Positions 41,033 through 54,349 are shown, counted from the whole stretch's first letter. The stretch is DNA of 63,012 nt, filler included, from Porpidia crustulata (GCA_964255105.1; 8 parts of 8 records of this genome joined end to end with filler, not necessarily neighbours in it), one strand, 5' to 3'. Numbers and translations: made by a program. Notes: generated by a model from the sequence alone, not told the origin.

Positions 41033-42019
41033 GGCGGATGAGAGAGCGGAGAAAGGAGAGAGACGTAGGTGGTGGGCGCGGATTGAAGGCAGGGGATGCA
41101 AGTAATGCTTGGGCTCCGCTGTGGCGCGCAGTTCACAAGATGACTGGACAAGTTTGAGATTATGAAAAGGGTTGACAGGTGTGACCGGTGCAAGGTCTCA
41201 TATATTAGCAGAATTTCAGAAGCGTCATAGAGTATGGACAATATCAATCCTCACGAGACAAACCTCCTGTCCTCCACGGAAGGAGGTAGGTAGTGCAATA
41301 CTAATATTCAATCCCTACTAATAAAATAGATGCAGGAGTGCATAACGGTTTCCTCGACGGCGACGTGGCTACTCACATCCAGATGAGCTAGTCATAAAGA
41401 GCATCTCACTGCCTTAGCTATCCGAAGCCGCCACTACCAGTCGTATCAGGATTCTGGCGGGGGTTTGGAGGCGATGGGTAACTTGAAGAAACTAGGGTAT
41501 GATGACTCACTAATTTTTCACAAGCATAGCATTATAGGACCTTCCTTATTTGCTCTCCTTATCATCTTGTCAACCAAGGCGCCTTTCTATATGCAGCCGG
41601 GCAGGACATAGCAAAGGGTCCATCGAGATAATGTATGAACTACATGCGAAGGATGAAGTACAGGGTACTTCTGGCAGAGAGGCTGCATGCATTTATCGTG
41701 AGTACGCCCGGCGGTGAGCTATTCAGCAGCAGTGCTTCGCAACGAATTACAATAAATCTATTACTATTACGACCTGGATCTGTACCTAGTGGACGTTTAT
41801 ATATGCCATCATCCTCCAACCGCGTTCGAGGAACAATCTCTGGTTGATAACGGACGCCAGTTCTATCCTAGATTACTTCACAGGCCTTACGAAATCTACT
41901 GCTTACTTGATAGAAAACTATCAACCAGCTGGGAGAGAAGCTGAAGAAAAAAGTCACTGCATTCTGCGTTAATGCTTACGTCTTAGGCCAGAGCTCACTA
42001 TCAAACACAAACTACCAAA

Positions 42020-43831
42020 ATGGCGACATTGAACATACCTCCCCTTAAGCCCGCAACATTCAGATGGCATTCCTCTCCCGGCGACTCGCACATAACCCAG
42101 CGGCTTGCCATCGGCACAGAGCAGTGGGTCGGCATCAAGCATGAGAATGCCAAGGGCCAGTATGACAACTACCTGAACACCACCCTCCACCTCGATGTAT
42201 CAGGGGTGTCCCTCACGCGCTTCAGCATCCAGCTAGCCGCCGCCCTGGTCTCCCTCCGCTTCTCACACCCGGAAGTCGCATCCACAGCTGTCTGGGAAGT
42301 AGGTAAGCCCACCCCGCCGCTTATCCAGTACACGCCGCCTGCCGACAGCGCCGCGGCGCTGAGGTGGGCGCGCAGCTGCATCTCTGTGTGGACTAGTCCT
42401 TTAAACGGACTTGCTGTGCGAGCGGAGCTAGAGAGGGACAGACGAGCCACTGCGCCCATGTCCGGGCGATCGGTGAGTGTGTTCATCATTGGGGATCAAG
42501 TAGGTGAGGAAGCCCCGCTAGCAAAGGGGACAAAGATTGATGTGCTATGCCGCTTCAACCATATCTTCTGGGATGTGATGAGTTCGCGGCAGTTTGTGGG
42601 TGATTTATTGCGGCGGGTTGGAGATATGTGGGACGTAGACGTGGACTCACCCATCGCCGAGTGTGAGTGGGGTCACGAGGTCGCGAATTTGAGTAAACCC
42701 ATTTTGGATACATTGAAGATCGACGTCGAGGCTTTGGGCGACAACTTTAACCAGGCGCAGGAGGAATTTATTACGAGTCTAATCAAAAGCGGTGTATGAC
42801 TTTTTTTATCGTGCGAGTGCCTCCTATGTTACATGATCTCTGACAATAAGTATCGCAGTCCAGCTGGGGCTTCACCGTCACCAATGCGGTAGGAAATCCA
42901 CGCACAGAATTTTATAACTTTAGCAAAGCCGAAAGCGAGGCTATGATCCGCGCCGTCAGATCACGCGTGGGACCGCAGTACACTATCTCACATCTAGGCC
43001 ATGCGGCAATGGTACTCGCTCTCCTCAAGGCCAAGCCGCTGCCTGCCAGTGCCCCAGAAAATACGCAGCTCATCACACCTCTACCCGTCAACGGCCGGCG
43101 CTTTCTGCGGGATGAATTTGTCAACATGCAATATGGGTCTTGCCAGGCAGGTGCAGTAGTAGAGTTCCCGAACCTCAAGTCATGGGTGGTAGACGAGCGT
43201 GATACCGACGCCGTCAAGGCGATGCTGGAACGCGGATGTCGACATGTCAAGGAGAGATACGATTACTGGCTGGACAAGGAGTTTCAGGTGGCGGTGAACG
43301 TATCAAAAGACAACTTCCTGGCGTCCAGCCTAAGCGGGTATGCCCGTCATGCTCTTCCCATGAACCGCTGGACCTTATAATGCTGACTTCTCTTCCTCTT
43401 CAGGACTCCACCACCTTTCAAGGACTCAACTATCCCAGTTCGTCTCTCTTTTTTAACCTTGTCATTGTGAATTCTAAACCCCCATAGGTCTTCGTAAGCG
43501 ACGGCCTGGCAGACCGCTACGTCCCTGGCGAGGTAATCAACCTAAGCGGCGAGAAAGTGCTGACTGTCCACAATTGCGTCTTCATGCTAGATACTTACCT
43601 GCCAGATATGTCAGTATTACCTCTTCATGGCCCTCTATGCTCGAGAGATTTCTCGTAGGTCACATGGCCGGCTGACTGAGGGATCTATGTAGATTGGTCC
43701 GCATGGACAGCTTTAAGGGCGCCACGACCTTGTCTATAACGTTCAACGACGGATATATTAGCGCCGAAAACGCTATGGCGTTCTTGGGCGATATCGCGGA
43801 TTTCATGTTGATGTTTGCACAGGGGAGCTAG
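42020..43831 (+). CDS. Tri3-like (trichothecene 15-O-acetyltransferase family) acyltransferase, 5 exons, apparently intact
   Basis: RLAIGTEQWVG, LRFSHPE, RFNHIFWD (HxxxD), TISHLGHAAMVLALL, PVNGRRFL, PVFVSDG. Four GT-AG introns (first 42794-42858) give an open frame. Confidence 0.82.
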
Positions 43832-44957
43832 CGGGCTTTATACCTTAAATTATAAACTAGGGAGAGGAATGATTATAGAGAGAAGCTCAAGGAACCATGA
43901 CAGATCATGCATATAGGGCTTTATCTGAGACTTGAAGAAGGATAAAGGGCTTCACTTAGGCTGGGCAGATGAAACAGGCGCATGCAAAGGATATTAAACT
44001 GGAGAAGGGAAATGAAGAACCAAATACGTCTTTCTCTAGAATAAGTCGAAAGTTGGAATAGCCTAGAACAGGACAAGACTACAACTTGTAAGGAAATGTC
44101 CAAGTGTATCCGTGACTCGTGAGGATGTAAGGGAGTTAGAAATAATGCCGACTATGTACGTTTCACGCAAAGTCGGCGCAGGAAGTTGAGAAGTTGAATG
44201 GGGAATGTTTACAAGGTGCATAGAGATGGACAATTAGCAAGTAGAATAAGGTGGTTCATACCGCTGAGGGCGTGGAATTAATTATAAATGTATCGCCAGG
44301 GGGCGTCAGAAGTCAATGGACCAGTTCAATAGGGGCGGGGTGTTTTAAGAATTAGGTAGAGTACAGTTTCAATTTTTCTAGTGCTAGCTTCTATACTTGG
44401 TAAGTACCTTCCTTAGATGTTAGATATCTAAAGAGCTATTGAACGGAATCAACATCTCTTCTAGAAACATATGTTAACACATCGTCCATACCCATGTCCT
44501 CTTTTTGATATTCATATCGATCCGTCCGGATCGGGAATATGACCTCGGCACAAGATGGACAAGGACAAGGGTCGAAACGCATCTCAATCTCGTCCAAAGT
44601 CCGATTCGAAACTCATGAAATATGTTCAACACATACATAACATATATTATGATTTATATCATTTATGCTCTGCATATGCTGGATGCTCATCACGGATCGG
44701 GGTTAAGTTTTTTATCCGGACGGAACAATTCTCGTCCATGACCGAATCCGATAAAATGATAGATTCTTCATTTGTCACCTCCATCCTTGCACAACCTCAA
44801 TCCTTCGCGTTGCTGTCGATCAACTTGCTGACTGTCCTTGACTCGCTCGTTTTCCTGATCGTGTTCCTGTGTTTTTTTGTAATGTCCATCACTTCCGGTA
44901 TTAGAGGTTTGGAGTTCGAGGCTTAGGCGATTTCACTTCCGACGTTGCGAAATTGCG

Positions 44958-46767
44958 ATGAATAGTCACAACATAGGAACTCGTCCTGCTCCTGTTACCA
45001 CTCCAGCAGTGGACGCGGCCGCCGAAGTGCTACCTGCTTTCAACCCAGGGATACGGTTTTACGGGGCCTTTATAAGCCTCTCCATTTGCATCCTAGCAGC
45101 TGCTTTAGATGCGACATCACTTTCTGTAGCACTACCGGTGAGCATTGATTCCACAAAGTCTTCTATCATTGTGCCTGATTTTTTTGTTCAGATCATATCC
45201 CAAAAACTCAATGGCACAGCCATCGAAGCCTTTTGGTGTGGGACTTCGTTTCTTCTCGCGAGCACTGTCTTTCAGCCCACATTCGTTTCGCTTTCTCATT
45301 CCTTTGGTCGGAAACCTATGATCATAGGTGCTCTTCTATTATTCACAATTGGTTCGATTTCAGCTGGTGTGGCTGCGAATTTTGTCGTGCTGTTGGCAGG
45401 ACGTACTGCTCAAGGGATAGGTGGTGGAGGCATCATCAGTCTTACAGAGGTACTGATCACCGATCTGGTTCCACTCCGCGAACGAGGTAGGTGGTTCGGA
45501 TACCAAGGCGGAGTGTGGGCGATTGGTTCTGTTTCTGGGCCCATCATTGGTGGTGTCTTTGCCGAGAGAGTTAGTTGGAGATGGATATTTTGGTAGGGCA
45601 AGTCTTTCTCGAGGGTTGGAATCCATTGACAGAGGCATTAGGATCAATCTCCCAATCTGTGGGATAGGTCTCATCTCAGGTTTCTTGTTTCTCCGCTTAA
45701 ATAAACGACCTGGTTCTACCTACTCCAAGGTATTGAGCTTCGATTGGTGTGGAGCTATTCTACTGACAGCTTCCGCCACCAGTTTTTTGTTGGCCGTTTC
45801 CTGGGGAGGCGTTGTATTCGCTTGGACTTCTTATCAAACAATTCTTCCTCTTGCACTAGGTGTTTGCGGTATGATAGGGTTCATCTTATATGAGAAATAC
45901 CTCGCTCCGGACCCGCTCATCCGTCTTGCAATCTTTGCGCAGCGGACGGCGGTGGTGAATTACTTTGGTACATTTGTGCATGGTATCGTGCTCTGGTGTC
46001 TGCTTTACTATCTACCGCTCTACTACGAAGGCGTAAAGGACTACACTCCCACTATTGTTGGCGTTGCAATATTTCCTGAAACATTTACAGTCGCCCCTGT
46101 CTCCATCATCGTGGGAATTGCCATCAGCATGACTGGCCATTTCCGCTGGGCGATCTGGTCCGGTTGGTTTCTGACTGTTCTCGGCATGGGATTACTGTGT
46201 AAGCTTTCACCCGAGACAAGCATACCTGCGTGGCTGTTCATGAACCTTGTGCCAGGCACAGGCATGGGATTGCTCTACACTAGCCTAGGATACGCCACTC
46301 AAGCATCTGCGGATCAAGTGGACGTGGCATTCGCTGCAGCAATGTATACTTTCTCTCGCTCGTTCGGGCAAAGTATTGGAGTCGCCATCGGTGGTACGAT
46401 ATTTCAGGCCCAATTCAAAGCCAAGCTAGCCTCGTACCCAACTCTAGCCGGGAACGCAACGCAACTCTCACAAGACGCGAGCGGTCTTGTTCAAACTATC
46501 AAAGCCATGCCAAAGAATCTACCGGAACGTCCCATGATTGTGGAAGCTTATGCGGATAGCTTGAAAGTTGTCTGGGCTGTGATGGCTGGGTTGGCGTTTA
46601 TTGCTTTACTGTTCAGTGCTTGGACTTCGCCGCTGGATTTGAATAAACAGCAAGCTACGGAACAGGGCCTGAGGAAATCGAAACCAATGTCTGGAGGACA
46701 AGATCTGCGTGGTACTGATGAGAAGACAGTGCAGAACTTGATTCCGCCCGAAACTTCATTACCATGA
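44958..46767 (+). CDS. MFS drug:H+ antiporter (14-TMS DHA2-type) efflux pump; introns 45138-45191 and 45593-45640
   Basis: LAAALDATSLSVALP, FGRKP, GRTAQGIGGGG, LVPLRERG, GPIIGG, WRWIFWINLPI. Confidence 0.93.
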
Positions 46768-49700
46768 AGATGTGATTTAGTAAACAGAGTCGGCGATGGC
46801 AACACTTGGAAGCAACCCTTCATGCTGTAGAATGTCGTCAGCAATCTTGCTATCAGTGGACACGGCCAGGACTCTCGAAAATTCAAGCCAGAGCATCTAT
46901 GCCCGCTTTGACACACATCTCGCTCCAATACAAACATCCCCCAAACCCACAACCACAAACGAAACACAGCAATCCCGCTCCCATCATCTCCCCAACCCCG
47001 TCATATACAGGACAAAAGTCGCAGCTCCCAAACGCAAAAAACCCTTGGAACCCCAAGAACGAAAGAAGAAAGCACTACATTACAAATTTTGGGAAGAGGA
47101 AATGTCAAGGGATAGATAAGATCGGTTTATCAAGTCACCACTTCACTCAGACGTCGAAGACACTGCAGACAAGCACTCAAAATATATCTAGTGATAAGAA
47201 GTATACATAACAACGATACAAAATCATATATCCAACCAAAACCCCCCACCCCCAATAATCCTACTAACTCAACANNNNNNNNNNNNNNNNNNNNNNNNNN
47301 NNNNNNNNNNNNNNNNNNTTAATTAATTAANNNNNNNNNNNNNNNNNNNNNNNNNNNNNNNNNNNNNNNNNNNNGTGGTTGATATGTTCGGCTTTTTGGG
47401 GGGGGAGAATAGCGTCTAGAGTAAGTTAGAATATGGATGTTGAAGATTAGATAGTCGTTGGCTACGTAGAAGGTTCACTACATATCAGATCCGGCTTTTA
47501 ATGATTATAAAAAGTTTCGATTCTCGTAGATCTATAGAGTTAGTTTGAGTATGATGTGTGTGAACTAAAACTTACATACTGAAAACGAGGAAAATTGAGG
47601 GCATTGAGGAACTTGATGTCGTATGGATGTCGTCTCGAAGAGCCTCCTGATGGATTCTTTCTCTCGCAATGGGGTCCTAGATCGTAAGACTGCAGCGACG
47701 TCAGCATCTTGCTTGAAAGTTGTTGAGTTTCTGATTCTCGTCGAGTTCACAGTTACTGCCTTCATTGGATCTATCGTTTGATGGGTGTTTCTAGAAATGG
47801 ATGTATGATGGAAAGAAGTGACGTCATGAAGACAAAAAGATAATGACAGTCGTAGTCTTCTAATGAAAAGTTTGTTCAGATCTTTGTTATTGGAAATCGC
47901 CGTTAAATCAAGCGAGACCCGACGATAAGTAAGTAGTAGCGATTGCATAGATCGTATACCTCTCAGATAAAGGACTTGAACATCGCGCTATACCATCGAT
48001 ACGAAAATTAAACAACCTCGAATAATGCAGAACACCCGTCTTTGACAGGCTTTTTCAAGCTATAAGTGCCAAATCCCAGAGATTCTCGCCATAGAGATTG
48101 AGATATGTCACTCATCAACAGCTAGTGTCATGAATGAAAACATATAAAACTTATGACTATGATTGAATGAAGACTTAGTAGGTCAAGCAAGAATTCGGAG
48201 GAGCCGTGTAAGTGTTGAACGAAGAATTTCTAATATCATTCCATATCATGATCTCAGAGATGTCCGAGCATGTTGAATAAAGCACACGTATCAGATATAA
48301 TCGTATCTATAGACACGTTAATCCAACATCCATCAGACACTCTGACGAAAAACGCATTATCATAGCCGTCACGCATCATCCGTGAAAGCACTAATCCACC
48401 TGCAATCACTCACAGCGTGCGCGTGCTTCTTGGTTTTGCGCCAAGTATCCGACCTTCAACAGGGGATCGTTTCTGTGAGAGCGTTGACCAAAAATCCACG
48501 ACAACGATCGTGATTTCAAGCAGAAACACTTGATTCTCTGCCAAGCATCCGGTTTTAAAGAAAGACTATTCGATAAAACATGTGCTTCTCTTCGAAAGTC
48601 AACCACGTCCGTCAAATCACCGTTTCTTATCAAATCACGACTGTCAAAGCAGTACCGTTTAATACTCAGCCGCCCATCCGGACTTCATATCCAGAGTCTA
48701 TGAATATCGATCCTGTTAAAACATTGACCAAAGCTCAGGTTGCCATTGCCTACGTAGCTACCCCATCGGGAACCGATGCTAGAGATCTTGAGTCTGGCAT
48801 ACCAGCAGATACGTTGATTGTTTTCAGACCCACAAACGTGATATTCCTCCGATACCCCGAAGCTCATCTTAAACATACCTATATGAAGAAGATGTTCGTC
48901 TGAGATCTGCAGATAGGAGTTTGTGAATGCTTCGAGGTATTCTGCAAATTCAAGTGGAGATTTCTATGGTGAATATATGGAGTAGATGAGGTTAAAAGAC
49001 CCACAAAGAGCAAAGCCGCAGGTCTTATAAAGTAAACCGACGGTAAAAGCGGTGCGGCAACGTGTATGAAATGAATAGCTCCAATATGAAAGATAACGAG
49101 ACACAAGACGAGAGAGCCAATATTTACCTTTGAGAGCTCTGTTTAACAATTATCCCTATTTTTTTCTCCTCACCGACAGCCATGACTTTTCCAACACCAC
49201 GGGCCTCTACTGCTAGATCCAACCCCCAAGTTCTACAAACTGCGCCTCACCGGTCTTTTCAACATCTCTACTTCCACCTTTAATTCTGCTGAGAGTTTTC
49301 AGCAGATCAGTACCCCGTGAATCCATGTCAAACCCCACGTTCATACCTAAAATAGTCATAGAAGTTACACGTGATCAACCAGGACCTCGGGCGGGCAGTA
49401 AATGGTACCTCGAGGTGAATGGTATAGATCCACTCGTGCCACTTAAGATCCCGGCATCACCTCTGGGTATCGCTGAATTCGCTTTGTATTCAACCTCCCA
49501 ATCTACTACGAGCAGATTTCTTCTGCAATAATGAATGATCAAGGTTTTACCCGAGATCGGATAAGAGCTTATGGGGGTTACCTTACTGGTCTCTCATTTT
49601 CAACTACCTACTAATCCGCAACAATTCTCACACTTCTCAAGTCCAAAGTTCGCTGCATCGTCCGTTGCCGATAATCATAGCGGGGTGAACTATCCTAGAA

Positions 49701-50055
49701 GCCGCTTGGATATATATATCGAATCAGGCGGAATCGATTGACACATTTCAGAGAGAGTTCTACAGTCTACAGACTACCGGGTCTAGAGATCATGAGGGTT
49801 TTTTCACTGATGATGACACTAAAAGCGACAAACTAGATTTTATTATTTGGTGGTGGGCGTAAGTCTCATGCGCTATTGAATATTTCCACCTGTCAACTAA
49901 CATCAGTAGCTCGCACGGTAGAGAAAAAAATTTTCCAATCAATCTTCGAAATCAATATCGTGGAGTGGAACCTCTCATCAAGCGCAAAGGTAGGAGGATT
50001 CCTTGCCCATACTCGCCTCAAGAATAGATCGCTAAGACTCGCCGCACTGTCCTAG

Positions 50056-50457
50056 ATGTCATACGAAGTTGACTTACTTAGTCGTCTATCTCTGGGTCAG
50101 CGCGATCATCAAGGCATCTTTGTCGAAACCCACGAGACTATTCCAATGAGTGGCCATATCTTTCATGTCATCGGTAACGTCCAGCAAGGAATGGAGTTCG
50201 AGCACAAAACGGCTCATCGTCCGGAGGATTCGGCCGCTTTCTCGAACAAAGTTTTCTTGGGCAATGTAAAGATCGAAGACTATCCTCAGGTCTTAGAAAT
50301 CTGCGAGGCAGTTGAACCTCCAAAAAAGCAATTCGAAAAGGCGAAACGAATCTATCCAGGGGTACCCTTGAGGAAATGTCAGGAATGGACAAAGGATGCC
50401 GTTGCTGCGTTGCTGGCAGCTCGAATTATCCAAATGGAAGAACAATCTCAAGCCTAG
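50056..50457 (+). CDS. Small conserved fungal protein, DUF6540-like
   Basis: Pattern RDHQGIFVET...GHIFHVIGNVQQGM...PEDS..F...PPKKQF...PLRKCQEWT is recognised from a common fungal hypothetical family; single exon. Confidence 0.7.
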   Translation: MSYEVDLLSRLSLGQRDHQGIFVETHETIPMSGHIFHVIGNVQQGMEFEHKTAHRPEDSAAFSNKVFLGNVKIEDYPQVLEICEAVEPPKKQFEKAKRIYPGVPLRKCQEWTKDAVAALLAARIIQMEEQSQA

Positions 50458-51143
50458 CTTGGTTCGGGTAGGTGGTGAGCCTTTTTGCCGGGATGTCGCT
50501 CATGAACAGGGAGTGACATGCTGGTCGGCAAATAATATTGAAAGGCTGCAGATACAGGCAGGTGATAGGCATGAAAAAGTCAATTAGAATGTCTTCAATC
50601 ATTTAGAACTTTCATTCAATGAGCCAATGATTTTTCCACGTTGCCCTTTATGATGTCTTCATTCACAATTTGAAGGCAATTGACACAAACATCAAGGTAA
50701 CCAAGTGGAGACAGGGATACCAGAGAACAAATACGCAAATCAACAGCGTTTAAGTTCCACATTAGTTCCTCGGATATGGGTCCCAACATACCGGTAGCAT
50801 CTTGTCCTCCAGCTACTTGGTTATCGACTCTTTCTCATATCGGAACAGCATGAATTTCTATCGGACCATTTCTCGAAATTTTCAATCAGGAACAAAGTAG
50901 TGAATGGCGGAGCAATTTCAGGTACACGATGGATTGGCTTCCAAGAACTCAAGGCTTCCTCATTGCTGCTCAGAATTCAACGATTTTTTCTGCATTGTAT
51001 CCACCTAGAAGTCCCAGATTTTGAAATAAGGAGTCCGGGTAGTATAATTGGTGAGCTCTCCATGAGCTCCGACACCAATTTCTGAAATAATGCGTAAAGT
51101 GACGCACACATTTAAGTCATTTCACACGGTTGAATCCTTACAT

Positions 51144-52237
51144 CTAGAGCTCATGGAAGATCATCTGTATCCATATGGACTCATTCAAGAACGGATCCAA
51201 GATTCTGTCAATCCATTCAAACCAGTCGTCCTGGAAAATATGTCCTATAGCCACAAAAGAATACTCCCAATAAGTAGGGTACCAACCAGACGTTTCCCAA
51301 TCGATCAGTGTCACTACGTAGTCAGTCTTGTCTCCCGGAGCTACACCAAATGTTTGTCAGTATTGAGCCTTGCACATTACAAGCCGGCGCTCTTACTAAG
51401 TATGCCAGATGTGGTGAGTTCGCTGATCATGATGTTTTTACGCTGGAAGTCCCCATGCGTGAACACAGGTTCGTGGCATCGGAAGATCAACGGAAATGCA
51501 CGCTGATAGAACAATGATTTGTTCGCATAATGTTCACTGCCATTTGTAAGCTTGAGGTATCTAAGGATCAAGGTCTCATTCAGCTCTTGTTCAGTATCGA
51601 ATGGACCACTTATAGCTTGCGGAGTCGGCTCATTTGGGGCTTCCGGACTCTAGAATATGCCATTTAGATAATGAAGCTTGCCTAGGCTACCGTAATAGCC
51701 GGATGGGGGCATGGCGTGAAGCTCATCGAGATAATATCTCAATATGGTACTAATTTGTTCCTTGTCTAAGGATTCAAGGTTTGGCCAGGCCTTTTCAAGC
51801 GTTTGTCCCTCGATGTATTCCATGACGATATAGTTCTTTCCCGTTTCAGTGTCAGTGTACATTGCATAGACTTGGGGTACCCGAATCTTAGATTTCTGTT
51901 TTACGAAGAGCATGTTCTGACACTCCATTAGGTTTATCATGATGCCATACTTGACGACGAAGTACGGACCTAGGAAAACGACACAACGGTCTTGCGAATC
52001 TCCAATTTCATCGGTCGAGTTTTCAATCTCGGCATTGGTTGGCAGCGGCGCTGGCAGGAGGTCTGGATCGATATAGTACGGAATCGGGACGTGGGAATCG
52101 CTCATCGTTGTTGAAGAAGGGCCCAAGGGTCGGACGAACCCTTTCTCGACCATCTCAACCATTTTGAATATCATCACCTTGATAGACACGAGGCGATCCG
52201 TAAACCAATACCGCGCGTAGCTGACTAAAGAAGCCAT
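51144..52237 (-). pseudogene. APH/choline-kinase-like phosphotransferase with an in-frame stop
   Basis: FVVKYG, VPQVYA, YIVMEYIEG, FTHGDFQRKNI, IDWETSGWYPTYWEY. TAG at 51650-51652 interrupts the frame before the catalytic HGD motif. Confidence 0.8.
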
Positions 52238-52711
52238 GTTGGTCGATAATCGCAGTCAGCAAGCTTCAAATGTAGATTCTGAGACAATGTTGACCTGGGT
52301 GCACCTCATTAATCGGTCATCGTATCACAAATATAGATTGAATGTGGTCGAGAAGCATTTCCTTAAAGGTGGAAAAATGTATTGACACTTGAATGAGGGA
52401 TAGCGCCGGCTGGATTGATGGGCATAGTTGCGGAATCGGACCCGCTCTCCATTTCATTTGTGATAGCACGATGGGTGTGTGAAGATTCGGAGTTTCATGG
52501 TTTTTATTTAGCTTGTGAGGGGAGTGTTGATGGTTCCTTAGCGTCCCAAGGATCAGACCTCATAGGGCTGAACATGTTTAGACTACAAGTATTGCACTAA
52601 CAGGAAACATGTTCAGTCAGGTGTCATAATGAATAGAATTTCCTCTTTGATCATAAAGGACTCGATTATGACTAAATTATGGTCCTCAGCCAGCTGAGGA
52701 CGTCTTATCTT

Positions 52712-54349
52712 TCAAAGCCTGCCAGCTCTATCGCATCTAGGTGCCGAGTCACAAGGTTGCCGCTTCTTCACCAGAGTGCGACTCTGTCTTCTCGTCACTG
52801 TATTATCTATGGCTTTGTCCGCGGAATCACGGACTGATAGAGAGACTCTTCTCGTACGCAGATTGAGGCAGTCGCCAGGACCGTTATCTATCAAACCACC
52901 TTCGTACATACTGACCTTTCCTTTTCTCAAGCTTTCATATGAGCTTCTGCGCTTCTCAATTCTGGAGTTTCTCCGGCTGGGAATTCGGACAGGTCTCGGT
53001 AGGATAGCTTCCGTGGAGGACCCTGTAGAGTCTGGTTGTCGATAACTTAGCGGCACAGATCCGTATCCATTTCGATTGCCCTGCCAGAATCGAAGCTCTT
53101 CCTGAGAAGGTTGAGATGCGTTTGGTAACGATCCCTGCCGCCGATAGCTGGCGGAAGGCATCATTGGCCGTCTCCGTGTACTTTTGTAAACACCTCCAGC
53201 ATCCGAGCAGCGGGCTGCGTAATGTCGATATCTTTCTGGGATCGCCGGCAATTCAGGCTTGTCATCTACATCCATCGTGCTAGATACCGGAGAGCGAAAA
53301 GCGCCATTGAACGACAAATTGCTGTAAGAGCTCTTTGTACTAAGGTAACGACCTATCGTGGTCTCAGTGGGTGTGCTTTGTTCACTGTACATTGAGGAAG
53401 AGCTTGTGGTGGCGGTCTGAGTCCGCAATAGAAGTGGTTTGGATGAGTCGGGGCTGTGTCCATATGACGGCGGTTGTTGGAATGCCAGAGGTGGAAGCCA
53501 AGANNNNNNNNNNTGTGGTCATCCCCGCGGGGTCTCCCAAGCCGGGCCCCCCAGCGGCGTCGCCGCTGGTCGAGGATAATGAGGATACGATTGAGGATCA
53601 CAAAGATCGTACTCGACACCATGCGATTCTGCATCACCAACAGTGGTTCGAGGCTCTGCACAAGAGCATCCAATTTCCGACTCGATCTTGTGTCTGCTTG
53701 TGAGGAAGGTTGGAAAAGGCTTGTCGGAGATTTGGAGCGAACTAAATATCACACATGAAAGTACCCTAGGATCACAATCAATTGTCCGTTGGCGACTGAC
53801 TGCTTTCCAACGAAGGCCTTACATAGAAAGCAAAGACATTGCTATACTTGCTTGCTGAAGTTTGCAGATGTCGATGTTATTCCATGGTCTAGTGTGTAGC
53901 GTGTTGCGCGCACAGATAGTAAGCCTCGAAGCAGTGACCAACCCTATTGCGCCCGCAGCTAGCCATATAGTGAAGACCAGGCTCGATATTATTGCGTAGG
54001 CAGAGGCAAGGCTACTCTTCTGGCATTGAATTCCGTCATATCGGCTGAATTTTCGGCGAATGATTAGATGGAAGGCCACCAATATCAATGAGAAGGTTGA
54101 CTGTATGACAGTCCGATTAGCAAGTGCCAATGGGCCAACTCAGTAGTGCCTGAGTAGACTTACACCAGCAGCGATCAGAACTTCGCCAGCGATAAGGAAG
54201 ATGTCAGAATAACCAGATAGGAGCATATACGGAACTCCCAAGGCCTGAATCAACGACAGAGATATCAAAGCATATAATGAAATAACTGTTACGGCGGGTG
54301 ACAGATGCGTCCTTGACTGGCCCCCTGATATCATTGTCCGAACAGACAT
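52712..54349 (-). CDS. Hypothetical protein with N-terminal transmembrane helices and a Ser/Arg-rich tail; spans a 10-N scaffold gap
   Basis: Hydrophobic ORF segments 54140-54364 and 53819-54130 separated by intron-like GT..AG spacers; long hydrophilic ORF 52712-53428. Frame across the gap at 53504-53513 is unresolved. Confidence 0.5.

Noticed and set aside
52682..52701. Perfect 9-bp hairpin GTCCTCAGC/GCTGAGGAC downstream of a stop codon
   Set aside because: Isolated; intrinsic terminators are not expected for fungal Pol II genes, and chance occurrence is plausible in 63 kb.
53504..53521. Stop codon next to the 10-N gap suggesting a pseudogene
   Set aside because: Adjacent to a scaffold gap, so local sequence and frame are unreliable.
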